Source: Candidatus Ozemobacteraceae bacterium (GTDB lineage Bacteria > Muiribacteriota > Ozemobacteria > Ozemobacterales > Ozemobacteraceae). Taken from it: a stretch of 64,000 nucleotides of DNA. Positions 29,556-40,658 of the stretch are shown here, in pieces. A program made the position numbers and the translations under genes. The notes beneath the pieces were generated by a model, which had not been told where the DNA came from, ran no database searches, and worked only from the letters and a program-made list of their open reading frames with translations. Location of the stretch: contig OZ223236.1 of NCBI GenBank assembly GCA_965140445.1, forward strand, positions 352,001-416,000, read 5' to 3'. Numbering within the stretch: position 1 is the stretch's first letter; each line of letters begins with the position of its first letter.

Positions 29556-30866
29556 ATGACAAACCAGGAGCTTTCCAAGCTAAAAAAAAGTTTGGCGAAT
29601 GAAAAGTCAGACATACGCAAAAAAGCTTTGGCGGAAATAAAAAACCTGAAACCAGAAGAAGCTTTACCAATACTGGTTTCAATGCTTGAAAGAAAAAACG
29701 ACGATATTATTGCTGATATTACAAAGGCAATGTTCTCTTTTAAAGATGCCGCTTTACCTTATCTGGTGAAAGCACTTTCTTCTGAGGTGTGGCGAGTAAG
29801 GCAGTCAGCGTCAAAAATACTTGGCAAATTGGCTTCAACTTCTTTGAAAAAAGTTATGGAACTCATTCCAGAAAATGAAGAAGATGTTGATTATTGGATG
29901 GTTCAGACTCTTAGCCACATTGGCGGTGAAGCCACTCAATATCTTGTCAGAGTGTTTAAACACCCAAATCAGAAAATAAAGTTAGCCGCCATTAGAGCAG
30001 CGCAGAATATCGATGATCCAAGAATGGTAGTTTCACTGCTCCATCTTTTGGAAGATCAGACATGGCCAGTAAGAAAAGCTGCTTTCGATAGCCTTGAAAA
30101 AATCTGTCATTTAAACACAGACGCTATAGTTAACGCCCTGGAACAAGCTTCAGAAGAAGCAAAGTTCTGGATAGTAAAGCTGCTCTCAAATAACCCAAGC
30201 CCGGAAATGGTTGCCAGATTTGCCGAGATTGTTGATAACTCTTCAATGGAAACAAAATTAGAGGCTATCAAAGCCATGGCAATGATTGAAACACCAGAAG
30301 CCCATAAGCTTCTTGTTAGTTATCTGGCCCATAAATCATGGATTGTCCGCAAAACTGCGGCAGATGCCATTTGGACACAGGGTCTTGGAGCATCAGAAGA
30401 GCTCATTTCTGCTATAAGCGGTTCAAACGTCGATGCCAGATATTGGTCTGTTAAACTTTTGGGACAAACAAACGAACCAAAGATTTTTGACCAGGTAAAA
30501 AAATGCCTAGAAGACCCACAGGCTTCAGTTAGATCTGCTGCCTGCCAGGCCCTTGGATCACTTGGTGACAAAAGAGGATTAGCTTTTCTGATGGGTGTAT
30601 TAAATGATGAGTCAGAAGAAGTTAGAACCTCAGCAATTCTTGCTCTGAGTCAGATTGGCGAAAGAGAAGAAATTGTAAAACCATCATTGCCAGCTCATCT
30701 TCGCAAAGAAAATATGGTCTCATGCCCAAACTGCAGCAAAATGGTAGGAAGAAACTTCACCTTTTGCCCTTTCTGTCTTGGGCATCTAAGAAATTCCTGT
30801 AGGGGTTGCGGTAGAGCTGTAGAACCAACATGGAAAGGTTGTCCGGACTGCGGATCGCCAATTTAA
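29556..30866 (+). CDS. HEAT-repeat protein with a C-terminal double zinc ribbon
   Basis: Repeated VR.AA..AL units; CPNC/CPFC/CRGC/CPDC at the C-terminus. Confidence 0.85.
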   Translation: MTNQELSKLKKSLANEKSDIRKKALAEIKNLKPEEALPILVSMLERKNDDIIADITKAMFSFKDAALPYLVKALSSEVWRVRQSASKILGKLASTSLKKVMELIPENEEDVDYWMVQTLSHIGGEATQYLVRVFKHPNQKIKLAAIRAAQNIDDPRMVVSLLHLLEDQTWPVRKAAFDSLEKICHLNTDAIVNALEQASEEAKFWIVKLLSNNPSPEMVARFAEIVDNSSMETKLEAIKAMAMIETPEAHKLLVSYLAHKSWIVRKTAADAIWTQGLGASEELISAISGSNVDARYWSVKLLGQTNEPKIFDQVKKCLEDPQASVRSAACQALGSLGDKRGLAFLMGVLNDESEEVRTSAILALSQIGEREEIVKPSLPAHLRKENMVSCPNCSKMVGRNFTFCPFCLGHLRNSCRGCGRAVEPTWKGCPDCGSPI

Positions 30867-30884
30867 TTGCTATTTTGACTAAGT

Positions 30885-30913
30885 AAGCGGCCAGTAATTT
30901 TTGCTGGCCGCTT
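30885..30913 (+). terminator. Terminator between convergent genes
   Basis: AAGCGGCCAGTAA/TTGCTGGCCGCTT hairpin followed by a T-run. Confidence 0.75.
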
Positions 30914-33087
30914 TATTTTTTTTCGGTACCATTTAAAGCAGGAAATAAAAACGAAATAGAAGTGCCATAATCGACTTCGCTCTCCAGGACAATAAAACCA
31001 TTATGGCTTCTAAGAACACCTTGTGCAGAAGCCATACTCAGGCCTCGACCAGTAAATTTGGTGGAAAAAAATGGTTCAAAGAGCCTTTCTTTAACTTCAT
31101 GGGTCATTCCACAACCATTATCAGAAATCTGCAAGCAGATGAATTCGCCCTCAGAGACATTAGAAAAAGCCCAGTTCCGCGCAATAAAATCCTGCTCACA
31201 GAACTTTTTGCTGAGGGTAATATCAATTCTTCCTTTTCGGGAAATTCCTATGGCATCAATAGAATTGATTATTACTGATCTTAAGGCATTTCCGACTTGA
31301 TGTTGATCAGCCCAGATAGGAAAGTGATCACCTTCAGCAAACATTTCCAGCTCAATATTTGACGAAAGCATATTCCTTATATCTGATACGACAACAGAGA
31401 CTTCATGTTTCAAATTTAACTTTCTCTTTGCCAGATAAGCTTTTCCAGTGTATGCAAGCATCTTTCTAACCAAATCAGCTGCCATAAATGCTGATTTCTC
31501 GACACTTGCAATTTCTTCAGCCAACTTGCCTGTAGATGAATACTCTTCTTTCATAATACCGATATTGCCTATAATTCCCATTAGAATATTGTTAAAATCG
31601 TGTGCAATACCTCCCGCCATGACCCCAAGGCTTTCCATTCTTCTAGCTTGTTCAAGCTTTCTTTCCAACTCAATTTTTTCCTGCATGGCTTTAAGTTGGA
31701 AGGTATTATCCCAGAAAATCATACAGACATGTTTTGGATCCAAAACAAATTCAATACAGTGGAAGGTCCTCTGACTAAACTTATCAACCCATTCAAAGGT
31801 TTCCGGCCGATTCTTAACAAGCATCATTCCAAGGCGAGAATCGATATTCTGTATTCTATTATCAAAGATTTCTGCAGCAGGCTTATCAACAATGCTTTCC
31901 TGCTCTATTTTTAAGTAGAGGTATGCGGCCGGATTGGCATTTTTTATAAAAAATTCCTCATCACGAAGTTCAAATATAACAGCGGCGCTAAGCATTCTTT
32001 CAAATAAAAGCTGAAACTTTTCTTGAGTGGAAATTGCCTTTAAAGCATTTTCTTTTATCCTAATCATCATTTGATTAAATTGAACTTTAAGCTTTCCAAT
32101 CTCATTATTTTCAATGTTACTAAACAATTCTTCAGAAAAGTCTTCTGGATTTTCAACCTTATCTAATCTGTTTCCTATTTCATTTAGAGGAACAATAACG
32201 ATCTTTTTTATAGCAATCAATATTGCATGGAGCATAATAAATAAAGTGAAGAATGAAAGCAAAGAAAGCAAAGATTTAAACCTTAAACCTCTTTCAAAGG
32301 TCTGCCTGGTATTTTCCAGACTAATTCTAAAATGATTTCCAGTAAATCCGGCGAAATCGACAGATGTAGAAATAACATGCTCAGATTCTGGCGAAACACG
32401 AAAATTATACCCCTTAAAAGTTATGCGATCATCTTTATGAAGGCTTGCAACGGGTTGAACACGAAATATAATCTGTGTCTGCTCATGCAGCCGTTTGAAC
32501 AAATTTTTCGACAGGAATTTCCCAAACACCAAAGTACCACGTAAAGGCCCTTCACGGCGTGAAGACAATATAGGTCTTGAGGCAAAAAGCAAAGGCCCTA
32601 GCTCGGTATCGATTAACCCCCGTTTACCATCTTCAATTCCATTACACAAAAATGGATTATTTTTTTTCAAAGTTTCAGGTAAAAACGCCTTCAATTGTCC
32701 TTCAATTAAAGTTTCAGGTTTATAAATTTTTCCCCACACAATTTTGCCGGATGCATCAAAGAAGTAAATAAGCTCAACATGTAATGTTCCAAAGGATTCT
32801 GGAGGTAAATTAGCCTCGATAAACCTATCGCCTGGGTTGACAACAAAATCATATGCCTCATCATAAAATGCCCAATCAGAACAACTTGTATCGATAGTTC
32901 TTATTTCATTTTTCAAAGCAAAAACACATCGCTCTGCAGCAAGTTTTTGCTCATCACTTTCAAACTGCTCAATATAATTTAGAACAATTTTGTTATTTAA
33001 TTGAAAAATAACCGTAATAAATACAATGAAGATAGCTAAAATAACTACAGCTATTTTTGTTTGTACAGAATTTAGCATTTGGAACAA
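30913..33087 (-). CDS. Sensor histidine kinase (CHASE4-HAMP-PAS-HisKA-HATPase)
   Basis: SDWAFYD CHASE4-like motif, two TMs, GIAHDFNNIL, DNGCGM, FEPFFSTK..GRGL. Confidence 0.9.
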   Translation of the reverse strand: MFQMLNSVQTKIAVVILAIFIVFITVIFQLNNKIVLNYIEQFESDEQKLAAERCVFALKNEIRTIDTSCSDWAFYDEAYDFVVNPGDRFIEANLPPESFGTLHVELIYFFDASGKIVWGKIYKPETLIEGQLKAFLPETLKKNNPFLCNGIEDGKRGLIDTELGPLLFASRPILSSRREGPLRGTLVFGKFLSKNLFKRLHEQTQIIFRVQPVASLHKDDRITFKGYNFRVSPESEHVISTSVDFAGFTGNHFRISLENTRQTFERGLRFKSLLSLLSFFTLFIMLHAILIAIKKIVIVPLNEIGNRLDKVENPEDFSEELFSNIENNEIGKLKVQFNQMMIRIKENALKAISTQEKFQLLFERMLSAAVIFELRDEEFFIKNANPAAYLYLKIEQESIVDKPAAEIFDNRIQNIDSRLGMMLVKNRPETFEWVDKFSQRTFHCIEFVLDPKHVCMIFWDNTFQLKAMQEKIELERKLEQARRMESLGVMAGGIAHDFNNILMGIIGNIGIMKEEYSSTGKLAEEIASVEKSAFMAADLVRKMLAYTGKAYLAKRKLNLKHEVSVVVSDIRNMLSSNIELEMFAEGDHFPIWADQHQVGNALRSVIINSIDAIGISRKGRIDITLSKKFCEQDFIARNWAFSNVSEGEFICLQISDNGCGMTHEVKERLFEPFFSTKFTGRGLSMASAQGVLRSHNGFIVLESEVDYGTSISFLFPALNGTEKK

Positions 33088-33164
33088 AACCCTTTTCTTT
33101 GCATTTTGTAATTATAATCTTTATTCTGAAACGGTAACAAATTAATTTTTAAGAGTATATTTAA

Positions 33165-36074
33165 TTGAATCTTACAGATACAAAAAAAACTTCGCGATTC
33201 AATCTGAAGAACATTTTTCTCTTTATATCAATAGTAGTTCTTCCAATCTTTGTTATCTATTATTCTGGCGCAAATCTAATTGAAGAACAATTTAGTGCTC
33301 AAAAAGAGCTGGTCAGCAGGAAATTAGATATTCAAAGCTTCAGACTAATTAGACTTTCCACAGACAAATATCAGTTAAGAGATTTTATTGATGTTCTGCT
33401 CAAGAAAGGTTTAAACCAAAAAAGTCCAAAAGTAATTGCCAAGTTTATTAACCGGATAGACAAATTCTATCCTGGAGCATTTAAATGGCTATTCTGGGAT
33501 AGCAAAGGAAAAATGCGACGCATTCCCTCCAGGCATACTATGACCGGAAGAAAAGCCTGGGAAGCGTTTTTTGAAAGAACAAAAGCCAAAATGGGAATTG
33601 ATGGATACACAAGGCAAATGATTGATCTTGATCCGAAATTCCAGAAAAGAACGGCAAAGGCCTTACAAAAACTACAAACAGCTTTTGGACCAGCAATGAA
33701 AGTTGAGAGAATAATTAACGGCTGGCGTTTACCAGTAGAGGCCGAATGGTTTGGAGACCCTTGTCTTGTGGGTTGGGCAATGAATGTTACGGAATTTAAT
33801 AAAGACAGACTACCAGTAAAAAGTAATGGCGGATTTCTTGTGATGGCTTTCACCAAGAAATTTGAAGAATATTTTTGGCTTAAACGACTCCTTTCCAGGA
33901 AAGAGCATTACAAAAATGTTATCCAGTTTCCAATTGCCACTCTAGACATCTCTGACCACAAAGGCATCTATTTAGACAAAGAGTTTAAAAAGCCTGGAAT
34001 GGACCAGATTATTATTGATAGCTACTATAATCGTGAAAGTGAAATTTTTACTTTCAGCCATTACCTGGCAAAAGCGAGTCCAACAAAAAACAAAGATTCT
34101 GTTATTCGAATTGTTTCTATAGCAGACATTTCTCATCTCCAAAAACAGAAAAACACCTCATATCGTATCCTTATTGGCAGTCTTATCTTTATATTTTTCC
34201 TTGCGATAATTGGATTTATTTTTCTAGAAAAAATAGAGAAACTTGATATTTCATTACGCCAGAGAATTGCGGTAGCTTTTGTTATATCGATCTTAATGCC
34301 AATTGCTGGACTAATCAGCCTCGGAAATACATTTTTGAACAGAGAAGAAGCGAGATTAAGAGATAAGGCTTTTCTTGAAATGAGAGAGGGTGTAGAAGCC
34401 CTAAATATGCGTTATAAAGACACGCCAAGAAAGCTTGAAAAAACGCTTTATAACGAAACTAAAAAGGCACTTGGGGAGCCACCTTACAACGAGGCCGATG
34501 TTCTAAAAAGCCTAAAAAAGATTTGCGATCAGGATTTTGCCCGTTATTACATACTTTCAGGAGCAAGCGGAAAACCAATTTCAACAAACTGGTATTGGAT
34601 GGATAGCTCTGTAAAAAGTGCAATTAAGTTCTCAAGTAAAAGACTTGTAGAAGAAGAAAAAGACATTATGGGAAAATCTTCTTTGATAAGTGGTGCAATT
34701 GAAGAGGAATTTAGTGACTTTTCGACAATCATAGATACCGTCTTTGACTTTTCAAGACCAACTCGGCTAAAGTCCTTTGGCTTTGAGCAATTTTCATTCT
34801 ATTTCATGCTCATAGCAATAAAAATCAAAGGCGAGCCCCATGCGGTTGCCTTAAATCTCCCTGAAACAATGATCGAATATAGTTTTGCTAAAGATGAATT
34901 CACTGCAAATAAAAAAGCAAAAGCTGCTAATAGCAAATATGGCTCAACTGCTGAATTAAGTTTTTATTCTACAGGCGGTAAAGAAAGGCATTTTCCAGAA
35001 CAAAGTGAAGTTTTTGAAACACTAAAAGCTGAATTTTCCAGGGCTTACAATCTAAAATCCGAGGAAAAGGGCGAGTTTAAAATCGGAAATGAGGGGTTTC
35101 TGTACCTTATAGCTCCTCTAAGATCGATGAAGTCACAAAGCTATATTCCATGTTACCTTACTTCTTTAAACGCTATCTCTAAAAGGCTTAGCGAATTGAA
35201 AATTATGATTTTTTCAATGATTTCATTTGCAGCAATTGCAGCAATTATCATGAGCTTAATCCTTGCTGGCAGCCTTCTTGGACCCATTGCAAAAATAGAC
35301 AACGCGGCTCAGCAAGTTGGAAGTGGAAACCTGTCAGTTTTTCTTCCTGACGTGGGCAACGATGAGCTGGGTCGCTTGAGTAGATCATTTAACGATATGG
35401 TCCGCGGTTTAAGAGAAAGAGAAAGAATGCAGGCATACGTATCTGACTCGGTATTAGAAGCGGTTCAGGATCAAGCTGATCAAGGCTTTCGCGAAGGTAA
35501 AACTATCGAAGCTACAATTCTTTTTTCTGACATAAGAAATTTTACCGGCCTTTCGGAAAAATACAGGCCAGATAAAATTTTTGGCCTTTTAAATGAGTTT
35601 CTTGGCGGGGTTGAGCCAATTATAAGAGAGAACCACGGTAGAGTTGATAAGTTCATTGGAGATGCTGTAATGGCTGTTTTTCATGAAGAAAACAATGGAG
35701 AACACCACGCCCTAAGTGCTACAAAAGCTGCAGTAGGAATGAAAAAATTTGTAAAAAACCTCAATTACCAACGGGAGAAAAAGGGGCAATTTACTATAAA
35801 TATTGGAATCGGAATTAGCACCGGAAAAGTTATGTTGGGTGATGTCGGAAGTACCCGTAGAAAAGACCTTACCGTAATTGGTGACGAAGTAAATCTGGCT
35901 TCCCGCTTAGAATCTGCTTCAAAACAGGGAAAACACTCTAAAATCATTGTTTCAGGTTCAACATATGAGAATATTAAAGACTTTGTGGAAGTTGAAATGA
36001 TGCCATTCAACGAAATTAGAGGGAAAAAGCAGACTGTAAATATCTATGAACTTGTAAAAATGAAAAAGGTTTAA
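33165..36074 (+). CDS. Membrane class III adenylate cyclase with HAMP domain
   Basis: DELGRL HAMP; FSDIRNFT, DKFIGDAVMA, TVIGDEVNLASRLE. Confidence 0.9.
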   Translation: MNLTDTKKTSRFNLKNIFLFISIVVLPIFVIYYSGANLIEEQFSAQKELVSRKLDIQSFRLIRLSTDKYQLRDFIDVLLKKGLNQKSPKVIAKFINRIDKFYPGAFKWLFWDSKGKMRRIPSRHTMTGRKAWEAFFERTKAKMGIDGYTRQMIDLDPKFQKRTAKALQKLQTAFGPAMKVERIINGWRLPVEAEWFGDPCLVGWAMNVTEFNKDRLPVKSNGGFLVMAFTKKFEEYFWLKRLLSRKEHYKNVIQFPIATLDISDHKGIYLDKEFKKPGMDQIIIDSYYNRESEIFTFSHYLAKASPTKNKDSVIRIVSIADISHLQKQKNTSYRILIGSLIFIFFLAIIGFIFLEKIEKLDISLRQRIAVAFVISILMPIAGLISLGNTFLNREEARLRDKAFLEMREGVEALNMRYKDTPRKLEKTLYNETKKALGEPPYNEADVLKSLKKICDQDFARYYILSGASGKPISTNWYWMDSSVKSAIKFSSKRLVEEEKDIMGKSSLISGAIEEEFSDFSTIIDTVFDFSRPTRLKSFGFEQFSFYFMLIAIKIKGEPHAVALNLPETMIEYSFAKDEFTANKKAKAANSKYGSTAELSFYSTGGKERHFPEQSEVFETLKAEFSRAYNLKSEEKGEFKIGNEGFLYLIAPLRSMKSQSYIPCYLTSLNAISKRLSELKIMIFSMISFAAIAAIIMSLILAGSLLGPIAKIDNAAQQVGSGNLSVFLPDVGNDELGRLSRSFNDMVRGLRERERMQAYVSDSVLEAVQDQADQGFREGKTIEATILFSDIRNFTGLSEKYRPDKIFGLLNEFLGGVEPIIRENHGRVDKFIGDAVMAVFHEENNGEHHALSATKAAVGMKKFVKNLNYQREKKGQFTINIGIGISTGKVMLGDVGSTRRKDLTVIGDEVNLASRLESASKQGKHSKIIVSGSTYENIKDFVEVEMMPFNEIRGKKQTVNIYELVKMKKV

Positions 36075-36077
36075 ATT

Positions 36078-38849
36078 TTAATCCTCTTTTACCCAAACAA
36101 ATCCAGATGGAAGATTTTCTCCAGTAAACTCGGCCAAATCCTTTTCCTGAAGCTTTCCAGCTTTTTCAAGCGGCTGTATAAAAGCTTTTTTACGCATTTT
36201 CTTTTTAAATAAATCAACGATTTTTTTTCTTAAAACATCATCAATTTGAATAAGCCTATCACCAGTTTTTCTTCCAATTTCCCGCAGCGCCCAGTCCAGA
36301 TAACTATTACCAGGAAGTGCCCGTTTAAACAAAAATTCAGCCCACTCATTGGCAGTTGGTTGTGAAACCAGACAAGTGTCCGGCGCATAAGCCAGATCTC
36401 TTGCCCCAAGTCTTCCTACTGCATTTAAAGCAAGAGCATCTTTACCAAAACTTTGCTGAGAGCGCAAAGCCCACCAACCAAGCCGCTCTTTTTCAGCAAC
36501 CGGCAACCTCTCAAGATGCCCAATCAATCTCCATATCTGATTTCTTTCGTGCTGACCAACCTTTCTAACCCCTTTGACCTGTTTTTTAGGCGGAAATAGA
36601 ATAGGTTCAACCTTGCTCTTAACTTCTTCCTGTCTCTCAATTGAGAGCCCTGGAGCAATCCTTTTAAACATAACCCAACGGTCAGACCAAAATTCAGGAT
36701 TGGAATATTCAAACTCGTCGTCGAGCATACTCCATATTTTGTCTACTCTCTCCACGTCACCAGCAACACCAAAACCGGGTCTTAAGCAAAAACCCAATAT
36801 GCGATACCAGTTAGACAAAGATGATTCAGATGATCTAAAGCGATCCTCTTCTTTAATGAAAACATCAAAAAGCTCTCTGAGCATTTCTGCTTCCCAGGTG
36901 TTTCTAGGTGAGCCAATTATTTCTTCTATGCCTTTAAAAAGAGTGTTAAAGGGAATCTTTTCCTCGAAAGCTTCATCAAGCAATTTGCCGATTTTCTTCA
37001 GGTGAGTTTTGGTGAAAGGAGTTCTTTTCTTATCACCAGAATCTACTGAGGCTGTGGACTTATCAATACTCTCATTGTTTCCCAGATCAAATCTTAGTTC
37101 CTGAGAAAAATTCCCATCAATTTCATCACAAAGCAGTTGCAGATATCCTGTTTCACGAAGTTTCACCCGTAAAACTACCTGTTTCTCGCCTTTTCCAGTG
37201 CGGGCTTTCACTCTGACAGGTGGCAATGCCAGGTATCGCTTGGAATTAAAACGAATTGTTCTTCCAAGGTTTTCCGCCTTTGGTGGATTTGGAGTATAAA
37301 ACAGATAAAAAGCCGAATCGCGACTTAAATCAATACCAAAAGTCTTTCCTTCGACTTCAAATTCTTTCTCGGTTTCCGAGTCTTTTGGCAATAAGCAAAG
37401 AAGTGTTTCAGGAGTATATCTATCCGATTTAGAAGAATTGCTATTACCAATTCCCAAATAAATTGAAACGGGGTTCCCGCTTTGAATCCTTTTGCCAAGT
37501 CCCATCGATACCATTCCAAAATATGCTGCACCAGCTGCAACAGCAAGAGTTGGATGGGGATTAGAAAGAACCTTTGGCTCCCGGCCTTTCCAAAGACTCA
37601 GAACTTCAAATAATCGCTCCTTTAGACAATCAGCCTGCAAAGTTCCGCCATTAAAAAGAACTGCGTCAGGATTAATATTATTATCCTTCAAAAAAGCGGC
37701 AAGATGCTTTGTCACCGCAGCATCTCTGGTAAAAGGCAATCCAGCTTCGGAGAGACCTAAAGAGCCGTCTTCATCTGGTTTATCATCTGATTCAACTACA
37801 GGAAAAAAGCCATCTATCATAAGATTTCGCAGATCTGCGCGCTCTAATCCAATTTTTGAAGCTCCGGCAAGAACCTTACTTCCCGCTCCTGAAACAGAAA
37901 AATGGACTTTGCCGTCCTCTGAATCAGCAAGAATTGATTCTTTTGCCAAATGGGATTGATTTAAAATAGATAGCCACTGCTTGGCTACTAATTTCTTTCC
38001 CTTATGCTTAAATGCAGCGTCTACCTGACGAGCTATGGCAAGGTCAAGGTTGTCTCCACCAATAAGCAAATGCGGCCCAACAGCGACCCTTGAAAACTCA
38101 GGGTGATCACTGCCATTTTTCCAATCAATTCCAATTAAGCTAAAATCTGTAGTTCCGCCACCAATATCAATAACCAGAACAGTATCTACACCCTGCAGAT
38201 CATGAACCATTCGCTTTGGATTGCGGTGCAGATAATCATAAAAAGCTGCCTGAGGTTCTTCCAATAAAACAACCGAGGGAATATCGGATTTTTCTATTGC
38301 TTCAAGAGTCAGATTTCTAGCTGCAGGATCAAATGATGCTGGTATAGTAACCACAACTTTCTGTCGCTTAAAAGCAAAGGTTTCATCCTTTGCAAGCATA
38401 ACAGAGTCCCATGCCTGAACCAAAAAGTTCAAAAACTCTGTAGCTGCAGCTACAGGAGAAACCTTCTGGTCAACCACCTCGCTTTGCCAGGGCAAAATGG
38501 GGGCAGTTCGTTCGATTCTTGGGTGGCACAACCAGGATTTACTACTATGAACATACCTGGAAGGAATCTTAAACCCTAATTCAATGGCATATCGCCCAGT
38601 GATTGCAGATCTGCTTGTTATCCATTCAGGAAAAGAAACTTCCAAACTTTCTTCCGGCAAATAAAGCACAGACGGCAAAGTTGGTAAATCCTCTATCTGA
38701 CCGTCTGCAACCATTTGAGGAATATTAAAATTTCTAACTTTCAGATTCTTATCTTCTAGATCAACATAAGAAAGTGCGCACTGGGTAGTGCCGAGATCTA
38801 TTCCAATAATGAAACGAGAGTCTTTATCTGCTTTCTGGGCTTTAGCCAT
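36078..38849 (-). CDS. Atypical Hsp70-family protein with a C-terminal DUF3731-like helical domain
   Basis: GIDLGTT, TIPASF, EEPQAAF, DIGGGTTDFS, GGDNLD, FNGG; C-terminal GFCLRPGFG, GRLGAR, RKTGDR. Confidence 0.85.
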   Translation of the reverse strand: MAKAQKADKDSRFIIGIDLGTTQCALSYVDLEDKNLKVRNFNIPQMVADGQIEDLPTLPSVLYLPEESLEVSFPEWITSRSAITGRYAIELGFKIPSRYVHSSKSWLCHPRIERTAPILPWQSEVVDQKVSPVAAATEFLNFLVQAWDSVMLAKDETFAFKRQKVVVTIPASFDPAARNLTLEAIEKSDIPSVVLLEEPQAAFYDYLHRNPKRMVHDLQGVDTVLVIDIGGGTTDFSLIGIDWKNGSDHPEFSRVAVGPHLLIGGDNLDLAIARQVDAAFKHKGKKLVAKQWLSILNQSHLAKESILADSEDGKVHFSVSGAGSKVLAGASKIGLERADLRNLMIDGFFPVVESDDKPDEDGSLGLSEAGLPFTRDAAVTKHLAAFLKDNNINPDAVLFNGGTLQADCLKERLFEVLSLWKGREPKVLSNPHPTLAVAAGAAYFGMVSMGLGKRIQSGNPVSIYLGIGNSNSSKSDRYTPETLLCLLPKDSETEKEFEVEGKTFGIDLSRDSAFYLFYTPNPPKAENLGRTIRFNSKRYLALPPVRVKARTGKGEKQVVLRVKLRETGYLQLLCDEIDGNFSQELRFDLGNNESIDKSTASVDSGDKKRTPFTKTHLKKIGKLLDEAFEEKIPFNTLFKGIEEIIGSPRNTWEAEMLRELFDVFIKEEDRFRSSESSLSNWYRILGFCLRPGFGVAGDVERVDKIWSMLDDEFEYSNPEFWSDRWVMFKRIAPGLSIERQEEVKSKVEPILFPPKKQVKGVRKVGQHERNQIWRLIGHLERLPVAEKERLGWWALRSQQSFGKDALALNAVGRLGARDLAYAPDTCLVSQPTANEWAEFLFKRALPGNSYLDWALREIGRKTGDRLIQIDDVLRKKIVDLFKKKMRKKAFIQPLEKAGKLQEKDLAEFTGENLPSGFVWVKED

Positions 38850-40645
38850 TACTTAATTGCATCCCGAACGTTGAATTCAAGTTTCCACTTATTATCGCCT
38901 GACTTTTCAAGACAGAAAATCTCAAGAGTACCGATTTCTGTAATTGAAACCTGCAGATTAACATCAACCAGATCTCCCGGTTTCATGCCTTCGTATGCAG
39001 GCAATTCGATAGCAAGTGAGCTGGTCTCTTCAAAATCTTCTCCGAGGTCTTCAATAAGTTCGCCAAATTCATCTTCCCGTCTGCAGTTTGATTTAAAGAA
39101 TTTAAACTCAACGCCTTTACCAATTACCAGAGAGAATGATCGATCTTCAATGTCACTCAAGTTACCTTCTTCGGTGCCTTGCTTTGCAACACAAAGAGCT
39201 TTAAGCGGAGGTTTAAATCCAGGAACAGCAGGTAGAGATGATTCGATACCGAGATAATAAGACTGTGAAACGCCGCCACGAATCCTGATGCCTTTTCCTT
39301 CTCTGGCAATTCCAAAGTAAGAGGCACCCCTTGCTACGGCATGCGAAAGCTCTATTCCCTTAAGAACTTTAATTTCTTCTTTTCCAGCTTCTTTTAACCA
39401 GGAGTTAATAACTCTAACCAATCTTTCACGAAAGATTTCAGCTTTGAATACTCCACCGTTAAAGAGGATGGCTTTTGGATAACTGTATTCTTTGTCTTCA
39501 GAATCCTGGCTCTTCAAAAATCTAGCAAGATGTTTAGTAATTCCCGGGTCTGCGGCATATGACAGATTTGATTCTTTAAGACCTGAACCGGCAAAATCAC
39601 TGGGCTCATCATCCATTGAACATTCTGGAAAAAAGCCATCGACCAGGATAGTTTCAATATCTGCTCTTTCAATATCTGTTTTAAGCGAGCCACCAATTAC
39701 GCTGCTCCCACGACCAGAAATTACTACTGGAGCGGATTCTTTTTCTTCGTCATTCAGGAGAAGCTCTTTTGCCTTTCGGCATTGATGGCTTAACTGGATG
39801 GTCTGCCACTGAGAAACCTTTTTCTTGGCGGCTTCAAGCTTGGCTCTGGCCTGATAGGCAAGAGTCAGATCCATATTGTCGCCACCCAACAAAATATGGT
39901 TACCAACAGCTACTCGATCCAAGCTTAGATCGCCATCTTCCTCATCAATTTCTATTAAACTGAAATCCGTTGTTCCGCCACCAACATCGACAACGAGGAC
40001 AACATCTCCCTTTTTAACTTGTTTCCGCCATGGATTTTCACTCTGCGAAATCCAGGAATAAAAAGCAGATTGTGGTTCTTCAAGTAAAGTGACTTCTGGT
40101 AAACCGGCTTTCTTAGCAGCTTCCACAGTCAAATCTCTTGCGGCAGCATCGAAAGAGGCTGGAATAGTTATTATTACCTTTTGATCTTCAAGCTTATCTT
40201 TTGAATTCTTCTCATTCCAGGCAGATCTTACGTGGGAGAGAAACATTCCCATTGCCTGAAGCGGAGAAATCTTTGTGTTTCCTTCCGGGGCATTCCATGG
40301 CAAAATTTCACTTGTTCTATCAACTCTTGTGTTACAAAGCCATGACTTTGCTGAAGAAATAAGCCTGTCTGGAACATCAGAACCGCGTTCACGAGCATAT
40401 TCACCAATTATAAACTTAGAATCTTCATCATCCCATGGAAGTACTGGCTTTTCCTTAATTCTCTCAAAAATGAAAGAAGGAAGCGCCTCATGCTCTTCTA
40501 ACGAACCTTTTGCCAGTTCCTGTACTATTGAAAAAGTCGAAATATCAATTGCTTCTTCTGACTCAGCAGCGGCAATTGGAGCATGGGTTACAACAACATT
40601 TGTGGTTCCTAAATCAATTCCAACGATATATTTTGGCTTTCCCAT
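38849..40645 (-). CDS. Atypical Hsp70-family protein lacking the helical lid
   Basis: GIDLGTTN, SAKSWLC, EEPQSAF, DVGGGTTDFS, GGDNMD, AVARGA; ends WKLEFNVR. Confidence 0.88.
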   Translation of the reverse strand: MGKPKYIVGIDLGTTNVVVTHAPIAAAESEEAIDISTFSIVQELAKGSLEEHEALPSFIFERIKEKPVLPWDDEDSKFIIGEYARERGSDVPDRLISSAKSWLCNTRVDRTSEILPWNAPEGNTKISPLQAMGMFLSHVRSAWNEKNSKDKLEDQKVIITIPASFDAAARDLTVEAAKKAGLPEVTLLEEPQSAFYSWISQSENPWRKQVKKGDVVLVVDVGGGTTDFSLIEIDEEDGDLSLDRVAVGNHILLGGDNMDLTLAYQARAKLEAAKKKVSQWQTIQLSHQCRKAKELLLNDEEKESAPVVISGRGSSVIGGSLKTDIERADIETILVDGFFPECSMDDEPSDFAGSGLKESNLSYAADPGITKHLARFLKSQDSEDKEYSYPKAILFNGGVFKAEIFRERLVRVINSWLKEAGKEEIKVLKGIELSHAVARGASYFGIAREGKGIRIRGGVSQSYYLGIESSLPAVPGFKPPLKALCVAKQGTEEGNLSDIEDRSFSLVIGKGVEFKFFKSNCRREDEFGELIEDLGEDFEETSSLAIELPAYEGMKPGDLVDVNLQVSITEIGTLEIFCLEKSGDNKWKLEFNVRDAIK

Positions 40646-40658
40646 GTTCTTAAACTCC

